A stretch of DNA of 64,000 nucleotides from Convolutriloba macropyga (Eukaryota), in contig NC_134469.1 of the NCBI RefSeq assembly GCF_964194025.1, positions 71,858,001 to 71,922,000 on the forward strand. Reading direction: 5' to 3'. Shown here piece after piece: positions 12,782 through 25,598 of this stretch. Within the stretch, counting starts at the first letter, position 1. The number at the start of each line of letters is the position of its first letter. The notes beneath the pieces are model-generated. The model did not search any database. It had not been told where the DNA came from and was given only the letters and a program-made list of their open reading frames with translations. Both the position numbers and the translations under genes were made by a program.

Positions 12782-13875
12782 ATGTGTGAGTGGTGTGTGC
12801 GTGCTGTGAGCGTGTGTTGTGTGTGTGTGTGTGTGTGTGCGTGTCTGTGTTCGTGTGTGTATGTGCGTTTATGTGTGCGTGTGTCTTTGTGTGNNNNNNN
12901 NNNNNNNNNNNNNNNNNNNNNNNNNNNNNNNNNNNNNNNNNNNNNNNNNNNNNNNNNNNNNNNNNNNNNNNNNNNNNNNNNNNNNNNNNNNNNNNNNNNN
13001 NNNNNNNNNNNNNNNNNNNNNNNNNNNNNNNNNNNNNNNNNNNNNNNNNNNNNNNNNNNNNNNNNNNNNNNNNNNNNNNNNNNNNNNNNNNNNNNNNNNN
13101 NNNNNNNNNNNNNNNNNNNNNNNNNNNNNNNNNNNNNNNNNNNNNNNNNNNNNNNNNNNNNNNNNNNNNNNNNNNNNNNNNNNNNNNNNNNNNNNNNNNN
13201 NNNNNNNNNNNNNNNNNNNNNNNNNNNNNNNNNNNNNNNNNNNNNNGTGCGTAAGTGTAAGTATGCGTGTGTGTATGTGTGCGTGTTTGTGTGTATATGT
13301 GTGTAAGTTTTTGTATGTGTATGCATGTGTGCGTATGTGAGTATATGTGTGTGTGCATGTGTGTGTGTGTGTGTGAGTGTTTGTGCGTGCGTGTGTATGT
13401 GCGTGCGTGTGTGCGCGCGTTTGTGTGTGCTTGCGTATGTGCGTGCGTGTGTGTGTGCGTGTTTGTGCGTGTGTGTGCCTGTTTGTGTGTGTGTGCCTGT
13501 TTGTGTGTATATGTGTGTAAGTTTTGTATGTGTATGCATGTGTGCGTATGTGAGTATATGTGTGTGTGCATGTGTGTGTGTGAGAGTGTTTGTGCGTGCG
13601 TGTGTATGTGCGTGCGTGTGTGCGCGCGTTTGTNNNNNNNNNNNNNNNNNNNNNNNNNNNNNNNNNNNNNNNNNNNNNNNNNNNNNNNNNNNNNNNNNNN
13701 NNNNNNNNNNNNNNNNNNNNNNNNNNNNNNNNNNNNNNNNNNNNNNNNNNNNNNNNNNNNNNNNNNNNNNNNNNNNNNNNNNNNNNNNNNNNNNNNNNNN
13801 NNNNNNNNNNNNNNNNNNNNNNNNNNNNNNNNNNNNNNNNNNNNNNNNNNNNNNNNNNNNNNNNNNNNNNNNNNN
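12782..13875. repeat. Degenerate (GT)n microsatellite with two assembly gaps (N at 12894-13246 and 13634-13875)
   Basis: GT/GC/AT dinucleotide runs; a higher-order ~135-bp repeat (about 13287-13423 and 13500-13633). Confidence 0.97.
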
Positions 13876-14016
13876 AATTAATTAGTAGTTAAAATACCTA
13901 TGACAATATCACATTTCAAATTTCTAAATTTGGACTATTCTTGAATGTAGTAGGTCAGTGCATATCCGATAACCTCAGTCAACAAATTTTCCTTCATTCC
14001 CAAAACACTTACTAAC

Positions 14017-14151
14017 CGTGTATACTTGTCCGTAACTGCCGGAACCTATCATTTCCAGGATGTTGTACAACCGCTGCGGATTCTCCCTTCGGATGTGACT
14101 GTCCAAACGAGGCGCATCCATCAGCCCACCTCTTCCTCTCTGACCTGCCAT
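14017..14151 (-). CDS. First coding exon of a STE20-family kinase (MAP4K/GCK-I-like)
   Basis: Translates to MAGQRGRGGLMDAPRLDSHIRRENPQRLYNILEMIGSGSYGQVYT, followed by donor GTTAGT in phase 0. Resembles the MAP4K3/5 N-terminus ([24 protein letters not shown]), including the GxGxYG loop. No downstream exon found in the window. Confidence 0.85.
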
Positions 14152-14987
14152 TTCTAGCCCACCGTTAATTTATACTGGGCTGTGACATCCCTTATATTAA
14201 ATACAACCCCTAAAGGAAGCCAAATATTCCAATTCATCCTACTTTCCTTAAATGGTAAATTGCCAATCTAGACATTAAAATTGATGCTATACTCTTCGCA
14301 AAGAACATGACTGAACTCGATGAGTGCAGGCTTATAACTTTAACGAGCAACATGACTGATCACAATTGACATATGAAAACAATTCATAACTAATTGTAAC
14401 TAATTGGAGATAAGAATAGTCCTTTGAACCAATTAGGAATTCATTTTTTTCATATCAACACATAAAATTTGGTTAAAAAAACAGTACAGCTTCCAATTTG
14501 AGCCCGTAATGTTCCAGTAAAATGAATGTTACAGATGTCAAAACCCAGCTCAGCTCACAGTTAAAGACTACAGTTTAGCTCGGCGAATGTATCCGATCTG
14601 TCTATAGAGACATTCGATAGATCTTCACTGCTGACAAGCTAACATTGGCTGATTTACAATTTGTATCCATTATTCCGAAGCCAAACATTTTTTTTATCCC
14701 ATTGCCACTATTATCTGAAATGCTGAAATGTTGAACAATTCTCAATAACGCATTATTACCAAAATTCGGACATTATTAGGCATCTGTACGGAAGGGAATT
14801 TCGGACGTTGATCACTTTGATGCAACTTTGATGCATTAGGTTGAGGTTCAGAAAGCTTGAAATCACAAAATCAGCTGAACAACTTTTAGCGAAATAATTA
14901 GCTTCTTTCTATCTGCTTACCAGTTCTAACCTGAAGAAATGCAAAAAGATGACAGAACCAATCAGAAAAAAATTGATTGAGCTTAAA

Positions 14988-15138
14988 AATGACCACGAAA
15001 CAAAATTGACTATGAAAAAATTTGACCAAGGAAAAAATTTACAATGAAAAAAAGTTGACCATGAAAAAAAACTTACAATGGAAAACTTGACCCTGAGAAA
15101 AGTTTACCATAAAAAAATTACCACGAAAAATTGACCCC
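14988..15138. repeat. Degenerate ~16-bp minisatellite (AAAAAATTGACCATG-like)
   Basis: About 10 imperfect units directly abutting the left end of the foldback element. Confidence 0.75.
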
Positions 15139-15141
15139 TTA

Positions 15142-18100
15142 TTGTTCCGACCCCTCTTGAGGGGGGGGGGGGAGGAACTAATACTCAAATGGGTTTTTTT
15201 TGTTCAGACAATTTTGGCCGAACGATATATTTGTAGAGAGTTGAGACTGGTATCATTAGAAAGCTCGTCCAGCGTAGAAAAAGGAATTGAAAGATTTTTT
15301 ATATTCGTTGTTTACATGGAGTTGAGTTAGCGAGGTTTAAATTTTGGAGAAAAATAGAGTTAATTCTGTTGTTTTTATTCACCTAATCTGTAATTTTTGA
15401 TCAAATTTTCGTCAATTTTGCTTAAATATGTAAAAATTGTTAAAAAATAGTACTGTTGATTTTAATCCTAAAGACAAAAAAGCATTGTTGACCATTTTTT
15501 GGATCAAATTTTGGCTAAATAATTCAAAAATCAGCCCATTTCATCAAAAATTGCCCGAAATAAGCTTCCTTAGTCCACATTGATTAACTTTGCCGGAAGT
15601 ACACGCCCAAATACCACTAACACAATCTTTGTTAACTACAAAGGGAGCCATTCCTACTTCCACTTACCTTGAGAGTAGTCTGAAACTCAAATTTTACCGT
15701 TTTTTTGCTAAATTTACGCTATGATTATCAAAAACGCAGCGTTTATTTTTGATCATTTATGAAACAAATTATATTGATACATAGCATTCTAAACAATTGA
15801 GTGTTTTTAATGGACGATCAGCAACAGCAATTGAGTGTTTTTAATGTTACAATCCAAAAATAATTCGGATTTTAATCAGTCGGTCTTTTATTTAGAAAAA
15901 TTCGACCTTCTAAATGTTAATTAAAGAAAGAACAATTCAAATCAAAACTCACTGTTGATAGGTCCATTTGGCTTCCTAGGCAGTTCCAAATCAATATATC
16001 TATTTCTTTTCTCAAAAAATTATGTTCATCTTGACTTTTAAAAATGTTTGATATTTAAATAACCAATAAACAACGGCTTATTTAACTTTGCCACTATTAT
16101 CAAAAACGCAGAATATATTTTTGAAATTTTACCTAACAAATTATCCTTATCTGTAACGTTCGAAAAAAAGTTTTCCTAATAGACAAATAGCATTGGCAAG
16201 GCTTGTTTTGTCATCCTTGGACTGTTACAATCCAAAAATTTTTCGGATTGTAATCAGTCGGTAATTTTTTTAAAAAAATTGATCAGTTTTTATTAGTTAA
16301 AGAACGAAAAGTTCAATTAGCCTCCTAAGCAGCGCCAACTTAATGTGTCTAGTTTTTACCAGAAAGCTTAAGCCGTTTTGAATTTTGTAAAAAAATTTGA
16401 TTTTTAAATACAATGGCTTCTTGAACTTTGCCACTATTTTTCTCTTAAATTGGTCAACTTGTAGCTTAGTGTTACCAAAGAAATCTTCTTCTTACTCTTT
16501 TTTTCTATTGAATAAAAAGGTAATCATTTTGCGGTTTAACGCGTTAAGTTATACTACTAGAGTAAGCGTTAAGCTTTGATACTACTAGATTTCAGAATTT
16601 TTTTTTAGGCATTAGCCCATTTTTCACTATTCTCCTTTTGTCACATTATCACATTATTGACAGTTCAAAATTTACATTATTGGCGTTCAAAATGAAGCAC
16701 AGTTGGCCACATTAAAGGCATAGATTATGGTTTTAACGGCTTCGACACCCATTTCTCGAAGATTTTTATTGAATTTTTTTACATTTGTCTTTAACTGTCG
16801 TTTTTATTTTGTCTTTTTAGTCGTATGAAATTTCTTGGATGAAAGGTCTCATTGGTTTTTATGGAGGAATAAATGAGCCTATTTTCTGATTCAAGTAGAT
16901 AGCTGATGGCTTTCATGACTTTGAAAACAATTGTCTTAAAAAAAGCTTTTCAACTTCGCATTTTGCTTCTTTTTGTCTGTTTATTACCTAGTCTTGTTCA
17001 CTGCAGTTCAGATATGACTTTTTTGCTTTTTTTGTTGTAGAGGGGAGGATGGAAATGTTCAAAATCTAATGTTCAAAATCTAACATCTATTTCCTTTTTG
17101 TCAATTTTTTACATAGTATCGTTAATTAAAGGTCACGTATGACATTATTGTCATTGAGGGAAAATGCAAGAGTAAAAACTACTGATTTTAAAGAATTCTT
17201 TGAATTTACTGGCTTCGTCTCAGGTTTTTCGCAAACTACTTGTTGATTTTTGAACATATTTGACGTTCTTTTTTGTAGATGGAAGACATATTCTGATTAA
17301 TTACAGGTCTCAAGCGCTTCCATTGGACAATTAAACGAACCAATTTAAATATTTCATTTTAAAGCTAATGACTTTCATGACTTGTATGCTTTCATGAAAT
17401 AAGTATTGCTTAATTTTGCCATTTTTTCTCTTTTTTGTCTATTTGTTATTCTCTCATTATTTGGAGGTCGCATATCACATTATCGGCGCTCGAGGAAGGA
17501 TCAATTGAACATTCTTTTAGGGGCAAAATATGGCTTTACGGCCTCGACAGCGTTTTCTCGCAAGTTTTGATTGCATTTTTGTTTGTTGTCTATATTTGTT
17601 ATTTTTGTAACCGCATAAAAAATTGAATAATGAAAGATCTTAATGCCCATCTATAGAAGCATAGGTAATCATAAATGTATTGGTTGTTTTCGGTTGATAT
17701 CTTATTATTCAGTACTTTGAAATAAATTGTTTCCAAGAACATATGCGAATTTTTTAACTTAGCTGTTTTTGTTCTTTTTTGTCTAAGTGTTACCGAGCCT
17801 TATTATGGACCGGTCCCATTATTTTTTCTTAATTTAGTACAAGTTGTTTTGTTTAGTTTTAGTTTCATCTGACGCTATTTTAACTTCGTTATTAACTTTT
17901 TATTGACAAAGTTTTGGATGTGATTAATGTTTGCTGTTGTTGTTTGATTTTGCTATTCGTCTTGACTCGGTTTTTAATAATGGCCGATCTCATCCATCTA
18001 ATGCGACATTTTTTTACTCCACAGAGATGTTTGCTTTGGAAGAAATCTTTTTGTTCATACACCATTTTCTGAAAAATATTTGATATTTTGGGATTTTCTA

Positions 18101-21100
18101 TCTGTTCCTCATTTGGTAGACAATTATGCCAAAAATGTGGATGAGCGGTGTGGGAGCATTATGTGCGATATTACATTACCGATCCGCCTTGTCATTTATC
18201 ATATCTTCAAATTTTAAGTTTATCATTTAATTGGTAGAAAAATAACACGAATCGACTATGCCATCTCTACTTGTGGAGCTACTGTAATGGTATGAAGACT
18301 ACGTTCATAAGCTTTTACTCTAACTTTAATTAGGAAGTCTTCAAAAACTTTATTTTTAAAAGCCTTATTTTGAGGAGTCACTTTTAAACTTTTTTTAAAT
18401 ACTTTGAGACTTTTAAACTGATATCACTAAAAAATCTCATGAAAACTGGTTTTGTATTGAAGCTTGTTTTCCAAATATTTTCTGTTTTTCTGAATTTCAG
18501 AAAGTTTTTTTTACAAAGGTTCAAGTTATATAATATCTTTGTTTTTAATTTTGATAAACCTGTTATCGACTGGGTTGCCAAACGATACTATTCATGTAAT
18601 CTGAACTTGATTGAGTTTTTCGTGATGCTGAACGGGGAAGCAACTTGGGCACTTAACATTTGCAATATATATTTGAATATCTAATTGATAGCATGATGAT
18701 GTTGACGAGGAGCTCCAACATAAACCAAATTTGGCAGCTCTTCATTGAAATTTGACCTCACCCTTATGGCAGGAACATGTCTGTTCAAGTTTATTGCTCA
18801 ATATATGAATTGTGATAAATTATAAACAATTGTGAAATTTTGATTTTTAATATATCGATTGACTCGTGAGGGGTGGGGAAGTCAGGCGAACACTCCTTAT
18901 TATACTTGTTTTTATTTTCACAAGTCATTTGCAATTTAAATCAGCTTCTTGGTATTTTCAATTGCCTAGAAAAGGTCTCGAAAGTTAAAATTCATGAAGG
19001 CCATAAAATGTCTTCCAGGTCGAGCTGTCTTCATTCAATGTGCTGTCGCAATATTATCTGATGCCATTGATAAATGAATATTGATGCCTCCCGAAAGAGT
19101 AATGGTTCAATCATGAATATTTTTTAACTGGTTTTGGTTAATTCTGGACGTAAATTTAGGGTCAATTTTTGTTCCCACCTCAAATATCGAAATGAAATAT
19201 ATAAGAGGCAGCATCAACTGTGGCTCTTGGGACTGTTTGTTAGGTAAAAAACGGGAGCGGTAGCCCTTGTAGAGTAGAATATAACAAAGCGGTTTGTGGC
19301 AAGTAGTATTTTTTGGGAATTTGAGATTTTGAAAAATGCGCGTTATTCCTTGGAACTAAAAGGATATGTTAGACAACTGCCTGAAAATAATGACAAGAAA
19401 CTCTTTTGAAGTCAAGCGAGATAGCTGTAATTGTGAAAGTCTTATTTAATTCTATCTCTGTGTGAAAGAAATTAGTTTTTTCTGTATTTATACTGACGGT
19501 CTTTCCACAATAGACAAGGCTTTTAAACAAAAATTTCCCCGCAGGTGTCCACAATATTTTTATATAAACTCTTCAGAAATTGCTAATAACAAATTCAGAA
19601 GTTGGCAATAACAACAACTAAATTGATATAACGACAGGCTGCAGAGCCATTGGGCAGCTATTCGTCGATAGAGACAATTTATTTCATGCGTTCATCACCT
19701 TTTCCAAGGTCAATTTTTCATGTTCATTTAAATCGGTAATGTGCGTTGGCACAGAAAATTCTGACCACGCTCATCCGCATTTTTGGCATAAAAGTCTACC
19801 AAATGAGAAACAGATAGAAAACCCCGCAAAAATTCATTTTTTAAAAAAAATTGTGTTTGTACAAGATTGCCTCCAACGCAAATAGCTCAGTCTAGTATAA
19901 AATGCCGAATTAGATTGATGAGAACAGCTATTACTAAGAGAGCAAACCAAGACGAACAACAAAATCAAACAACAATAACAACAAACTTTAATTACATCCA
20001 AAACTTTGTCCAATTAAAAAAAACAAACTTATTAGCAAAGTCAAAAGAATGTCAGATAAAACTGAAACTAAACAAAATAATTTGTACTTGACTAGAAAGA
20101 TATGGATCAATCCATTATTAGGCTCGGTAACATTTAGACAAAAAAGAACAAAAAAAACAGCAAAGTTAATGAATTCGCTTATTTCTTAAAAAAAAGACAA
20201 TAAATTTCAAAGTAATGAAAACTATTAGATATCAATTGAAGTTATCCTAGTGTTTTTTGATCACACACTCCTCCAGAAGAGGGCATTAAGATCTGTCATT
20301 ATTCAATTTTTTATGCAGTTACAAAAATAACAAATATAGACAACAAACAAAAATTCAATTAAGACTTGCGAGAAAATTCGGTCGAAGCCGTAAAGCCACA
20401 TTTTGCACCTCAAAATTTGTTCGATTTAGACTAGGTGACAAGTACACAAAAAGAAAAAAGGCCAAATTAAAACTCATTTTTGTATTTTTCGGAAAAAAGT
20501 ACGTCAAATATTACAAAAATCAAAAACTAATTAACTTTTTTGCAAATAACCGGTGTCGAAGCCAGTAAATTCATAACGAATTTTTTGAAAAAACATTTGA
20601 TTTTGCGCCTTGCCCTGAAACCAATAAGGTAATAATTGACCTTTATTTAACGGGACTAGGTAACAAATAGACAATAAAAAGAACAAAAAAGCAATATTGT
20701 TTTTATTTTTGAAAGCAATTGTTTTAAAGCCATGAAAGCCAACGGCTATCCACTAAAAACAGAATATCTGTCATTAACCAGGAAATTTCATACGACGAAA
20801 AAGACCCTGTAAAAACGACAGATAAGACAAAAATGAAAAAATTAAATTAAATTCTTAGAAAAAGTGGCGTTGAAGCCCTTAATACCATAAATTATACCTT
20901 TAAAGATTTTGATATGTTCAATTGTACTTTACTTTGAACGCCAGTAATGTGATATGTGAACTTTCCATAATATGATAAGACAAAACGAAAAACCGTGAAA
21001 AATGTGCAATTGCTTATAAAAAAAACGTGAAATCTGGTTGTATTTAGAAAACCATAACTTAACTCGTAAAAATGCAATAAAGATTAAATTTTAATTCAGT

Positions 21101-22009
21101 AGAAAGAAGTATTCTTTCTTTGAGGACACTAAGCTACAAGTTGCCCAAATTAAGAACAAAATAGTGGCGAAGCTCAATAAGACATTGTATTTAAAATCAA
21201 ATATTTTCAAAAGCCAAAACGACCATAGGCTTTCTAGTTAAAAAAGATACATTAAGTTAGAGCTGCTTAGGAAGCCTATGACTTTTCGTTCTTTAATTAA
21301 TAAAACAGATCTTTTTTTTAAAAAAAAAATGACCGACTGATTACAATCCGAATTATTTTTGAATTGCATTAGTCCAAGAATGAAACAAAACTAGCCTTGC
21401 TTTATTTATAGAAAAGGATATTTTGGTAAGGAAAAATTCAAAAATGAATTCTGCGTTTTTGATAAACGTTGAGTAAAGTTAGCAAAAACGGCAAAATTTT
21501 AAATACAGAGCAATCTCAGCGGATGTTGAAGTAGCACTAGCCCCCATTAGAGTTTACAAAGATTTTGTTAGTGGTTTTTGGCACCAAATAACCTTATTTG
21601 GTGCTATTTTTGATGACCAAAAGGGTGAATTTCGAAATAAATAGCCAAAAATTTTGCCAAAAAAACAAAATAGTCAACAATACTTTATTGTCTTAAAAAA
21701 TGAAATCAACAACCTATTCTTTACAACTTTTAACAAATTTTCATTAAAATTGACAAAATTTTAAGCAAAAATTCCGGAAAATGTAATAAAAATAACGCAA
21801 ATCGGTCTATAATTCACAAAAATTTAAAAATCGTTAACTCGCTCTAGAAAAAGAAATTCTTAAAAAATCTTTTTAATTTCATGTTCTACGCAGGACGGTC
21901 TTTTTAATGATACACTCAACGATTAATATATCCATCCCTCAAAATTGACTGAACAAAAAACCCATTTGAGTATATAGTCCATCCCCCCTCTCAAGAGGGG
22001 TCGGAACAA
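15142..22009. mobile_element. Foldback-like DNA element with very long inverted arms
   Basis: Perfect 20-bp termini TTGTTCCGACCCCTCTTGAG (15142-15161) / CTCAAGAGGGGTCGGAACAA (21990-22009). Diverged inverted arms at ~15142-18018 and ~19893-22009 are built of internal subrepeats. ~1.9-kb spacer with no intact transposase. Confidence 0.85.
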
Positions 22010-23461
22010 AAACCAAAAAAGTTATCCTCAACGTAATCTTCAGTTCCTCATTTGAGGAAAATCACACTCTTATTAAATGGATTCAACATTAAACGGTATA
22101 CCTAAAAACAGTCATTAAATCCAGAACAGTTCGTCAGTTTAAATTTACTTTGTTATATGTTGAATATGCAAAATTTGGTAAAACATATACAGTACCACCT
22201 TTTTTAAAAAACACTCAATTAATTTCTTCAAAAATGAGAAGTGCATCAATCCTTTGAAGTGAAGAATTAGAAAAAATCAAGGTTTTATCTGGAAATTTCT
22301 TTTGAAAAACGAAAGCCCGGTTTTAAAAAAATACATTAATGTTAATGTTGCCGGAGTAAGAAGCCATATCAATTATTCCCTTCCTTATAATCTCAACAAA
22401 TGAACAAATGTCCTTCAATAATTTTGTTCGTTTCATGCCATCTCGGAGACAATGACATTTGTGTGGTTTTAGATTTTTGTTATGTTGTAGTTGAAAACAG
22501 TTTATTTGAAAAATGCTTTTGAACTTTTTTTCGTTCAGCTGAGCAAATTCACTAAAACAACTTCAATTGTTTGCGCGAAATGAAACAATCGTTGTTTCTT
22601 GACCAAATTAAGTCATTTTTAAGGCCTGCTATTACGTAGTACCAAATTTGACTACTGAACAGAAGATGACTACAGGATTACCTTGAAAGTTCTGGCACCA
22701 TGAAATCAATTTCATGATAAATCCAACTGACCTTAGTTTTAAAAGCACCTGAGCTAAGGTTATGCGAGACGTGAAAAATAAGAAATGCAAAAATGAACTG
22801 ATTCGCAATTTTTCGAGAGCTTTTAAATGATATCTCCGCAAATAATAACGATCTGGCAAAATTTGTATAGAAAAATTTGGGCTGGTAAAATAGGTCCTAA
22901 CCAATCCCCCCCAGGAAAAAAATACATATTTGGAGACTGGACCACGCCCACGTGGAAGGTCGCGTCAAAAAATCTAATCTATTAGCCTTCATTACACCAT
23001 CCTCCATATTATCCGCAAGTCAAATTTTAACTTACTTCCCTATCGCACAGATTAATACAAATGAGGCAATTTTGCTTAAAATGACGGCAATACAAAGACA
23101 ATTCAATTCAGGTATTGTTAGGGCTTAAGTTGTAGCAGAGTGAACACTTTTTCTACGTTCTTTGCTAGATTTTTCATTGGTTCAAGGGTAAAATAAAATG
23201 GCTAAAATGCATGAAAATAAACAGCCAATCAGATTATTTAGCAGCAACCAGAATTTTCCGTCAGCACCGACAATAATGCGCAAAATTACTGAGAATATGG
23301 GAAAGGCTTTACGGAAAACAGTTTTTCTTAACCATTTTCTTTATTTTAGCTAATAAGAAAAAAATTACTCGTCACATTCCCTCAAATTTTTTATTACTTC
23401 CACTTTCAGTTAAGCTTATCAGATTTTCCTTTTGTTACTGAATTGAAGTAAACCAGTCAAA

Positions 23462-23741
23462 ATGGACGATACAATTCTAAGCATTTCAATTTTTAATTCC
23501 GTATCAGTTGAGAACATTTCGATAGGCTTAGCCAAAGATTTATACAGAGAGATCGTCGCACCACCTGTCATGTGGCGATCTATATTAATATTGACAATTA
23601 ACAGCGTGCTGGGTTCAGCGGGCAATTCTGTGGTTATAATGGTCTACGGTGGCAAACGAGGTGGGCCTGGATCGTCCAGCGATACTTTCATCTTCAGCCT
23701 GGCATGCTTGGACTTCGCTGCCAGTCTCCTCTACATGCCAG
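23462..23741 (+). CDS. Class A (rhodopsin-like) GPCR, exon 1 (N-terminus, TM1-TM2)
   Basis: TM1 GN motif (GSAGNSVV) and TM2 SLACLD..YMP. Phase-1 junction needed to join exon 2; the donor reads GAATGT (non-canonical). Confidence 0.88.
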
Positions 23742-24519
23742 GAATGTTGTTGTATTTTCTCTAAGATAACTGTCTAAGTATAAAGCTAAAAACGTATTGG
23801 GAAATTGCAACGCAATTGAAAATATCATAGCAAATACTGCCAGAAAGTGTAATCCTCATCCTCGCAAAGATTGATCACAGATTCTGATGAAGATTTTACC
23901 TCACAATAAAGAACTGAAAGACACAAATCTCCTAAATTTTTGTTTTTTTGGAGTTAAACTTGGTAACAGCAGCACAGCACTATAGTCAAAAACTTTGAGC
24001 TATTACAAGGCGGTTAAATTAGGAAATATACTTTGACATCTTAGTTTTTGAAGCAAGGCAACTCAAAAAGCACTAACGCACAAAATCGAAATTTCCGTAA
24101 CATCATTTAACCTTCCCACAAATTTTGGCTAACCGTGCATTGTTTAAATTGGTAAGGAAACAAACTGCTCTACGACTCATTGCGCTCTGGCCTTATTGAC
24201 CGGATGAAAAACACACGGACAGAAACTCCAACAAAACGGGTGGCTCGAGTACTCGTTCAAATACATGTCAATAGCAATACAAACAAAAACGAAAAAATCT
24301 ACCAAAAAAAAACGAAATAAAAAAGTTTTCAAGAGTTTTTAGGAATTCAAAATAACTCCAAAAATGAAACTAAAAACTAAGCCAAATAAAAATCTTCTCA
24401 AAACTACCAGAAAACTAAATACCACAAGATCAAAAAATGCATTGAATTGTCAGTTCAAATATCGAAAAACAAAACTCAAACTAATATTTTACGTACAAAA
24501 CAATTGGAAAACAATACTG

Positions 24520-24993
24520 AACATATCGACTAACCTTGGGCGACTTGCTCTCAAACGACCAGCGCGCGGTTGGCTTCGTCAGTAGCTAGCTACGGTTTTG
24601 TGAGGCTACCTTTAGCTTAATTGAAGGGGCGAGAGGTGAGCGCAGCGGAGGGTGGGGGTGCATCGGGGGTGGGGGTCTTTGGCTGCACAGGGCCGTTACC
24701 GTTACGACCTGAACAATGCGCAGGGGCGGGGATTGGAGGGTGAAGAGAGAGGGTCTGCTGGGGGATTGTTGCGGGGGGTCAACAGTCCCCAAAACAGTTT
24801 CTGTGAATCGCATACTTGGAGACTAGTGAGCTGAAAGGCTCTAAGATCACTTATTGCCCTGTGGGCCCTACATGTTTATCCCGTTTTTGAGGACGAAAAG
24901 TCAAATGGGCCAGACGAAAAATTGGTCAAGCGAAAAATTGCATAAAAAGACCAACAGGACTAATATAATTGCTACTTCATTTGAGAGCAATTA
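24520..24993 (-). mobile_element. Helentron/DINE-1-like (HINE) element, subfamily B, in GPCR intron 1
   Basis: SubTIRs TTGCTCTCAAA (24545-24555) / TTTGAGAGCAA (24980-24990), 5' partial IR AATTGCT, G-rich interior. Homologous to 29952-30393. Confidence 0.75.
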
Positions 24994-25259
24994 AAAACAA
25001 ACAATGAAATCTACGAGTACTAAACAGAACAAAATCAATTTTATAGATGCATTCATTACCAACAGCTATAAAACATTAGCACAAAGCAGAGAGGAACTTG
25101 ACAATAATAGACACAAAAAATAAAAATCACTGTTTTCTTTTGAAAATTTTGGCACAATTGTAAAAATTGTTTCCTCTTGAACAAATTTTAATGGAACAAC
25201 TATTCTAAAGGTTAAGAGCAAAAGTCTGTAAAAACAACAACATTGCCCTCCATTTCCAG

Positions 25260-25598
25260 TGAGTATCTACGAACTAATAACAATGAGTCCTTCTCCAACT
25301 ATTTGTTTGATCGACAAAGGTGGATCCTTCTTTTATGTCATCGTAAGCTTTGCAATCTTTGTGTGCATTGCTTTGGACCGACTAATTGCTGTGAACAGAC
25401 CCTACGACTACAAACTGCTTATGACAAAAAAGCGAGCACGGTTGATGGCATTGTTTTGTTTCCTCTTGGGAGTTCTCTGTGCAGTTCCCTTTGCTAAGAG
25501 CTGCCTGACCGAGACAACACTTGACGACCATCGACAAATGCAGCTCTTGATGAAGGGGTACTCAGTCATTGTCATCGTTCTTGCGGTATTTTTCACAG
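25260..25598 (+). CDS. GPCR exon 2 (TM3 with DRL, TM4, ECL2, TM5)
   Basis: Acceptor TTTCCAG at 25259. Conserved TM3 Cys and CIALDRLIAVNRP (DRY variant). Donor GTTAGA at 25599, phase 1. Confidence 0.92.

Noticed and set aside
12712-13892. Long His/Thr- and Cys/Val-rich ORFs
   Set aside because: Artefacts of the GT microsatellite and the N gaps.
14988-15138. Short repeated units as a CRISPR-like array
   Set aside because: No unique spacers, degenerate A-rich units and a eukaryotic context.
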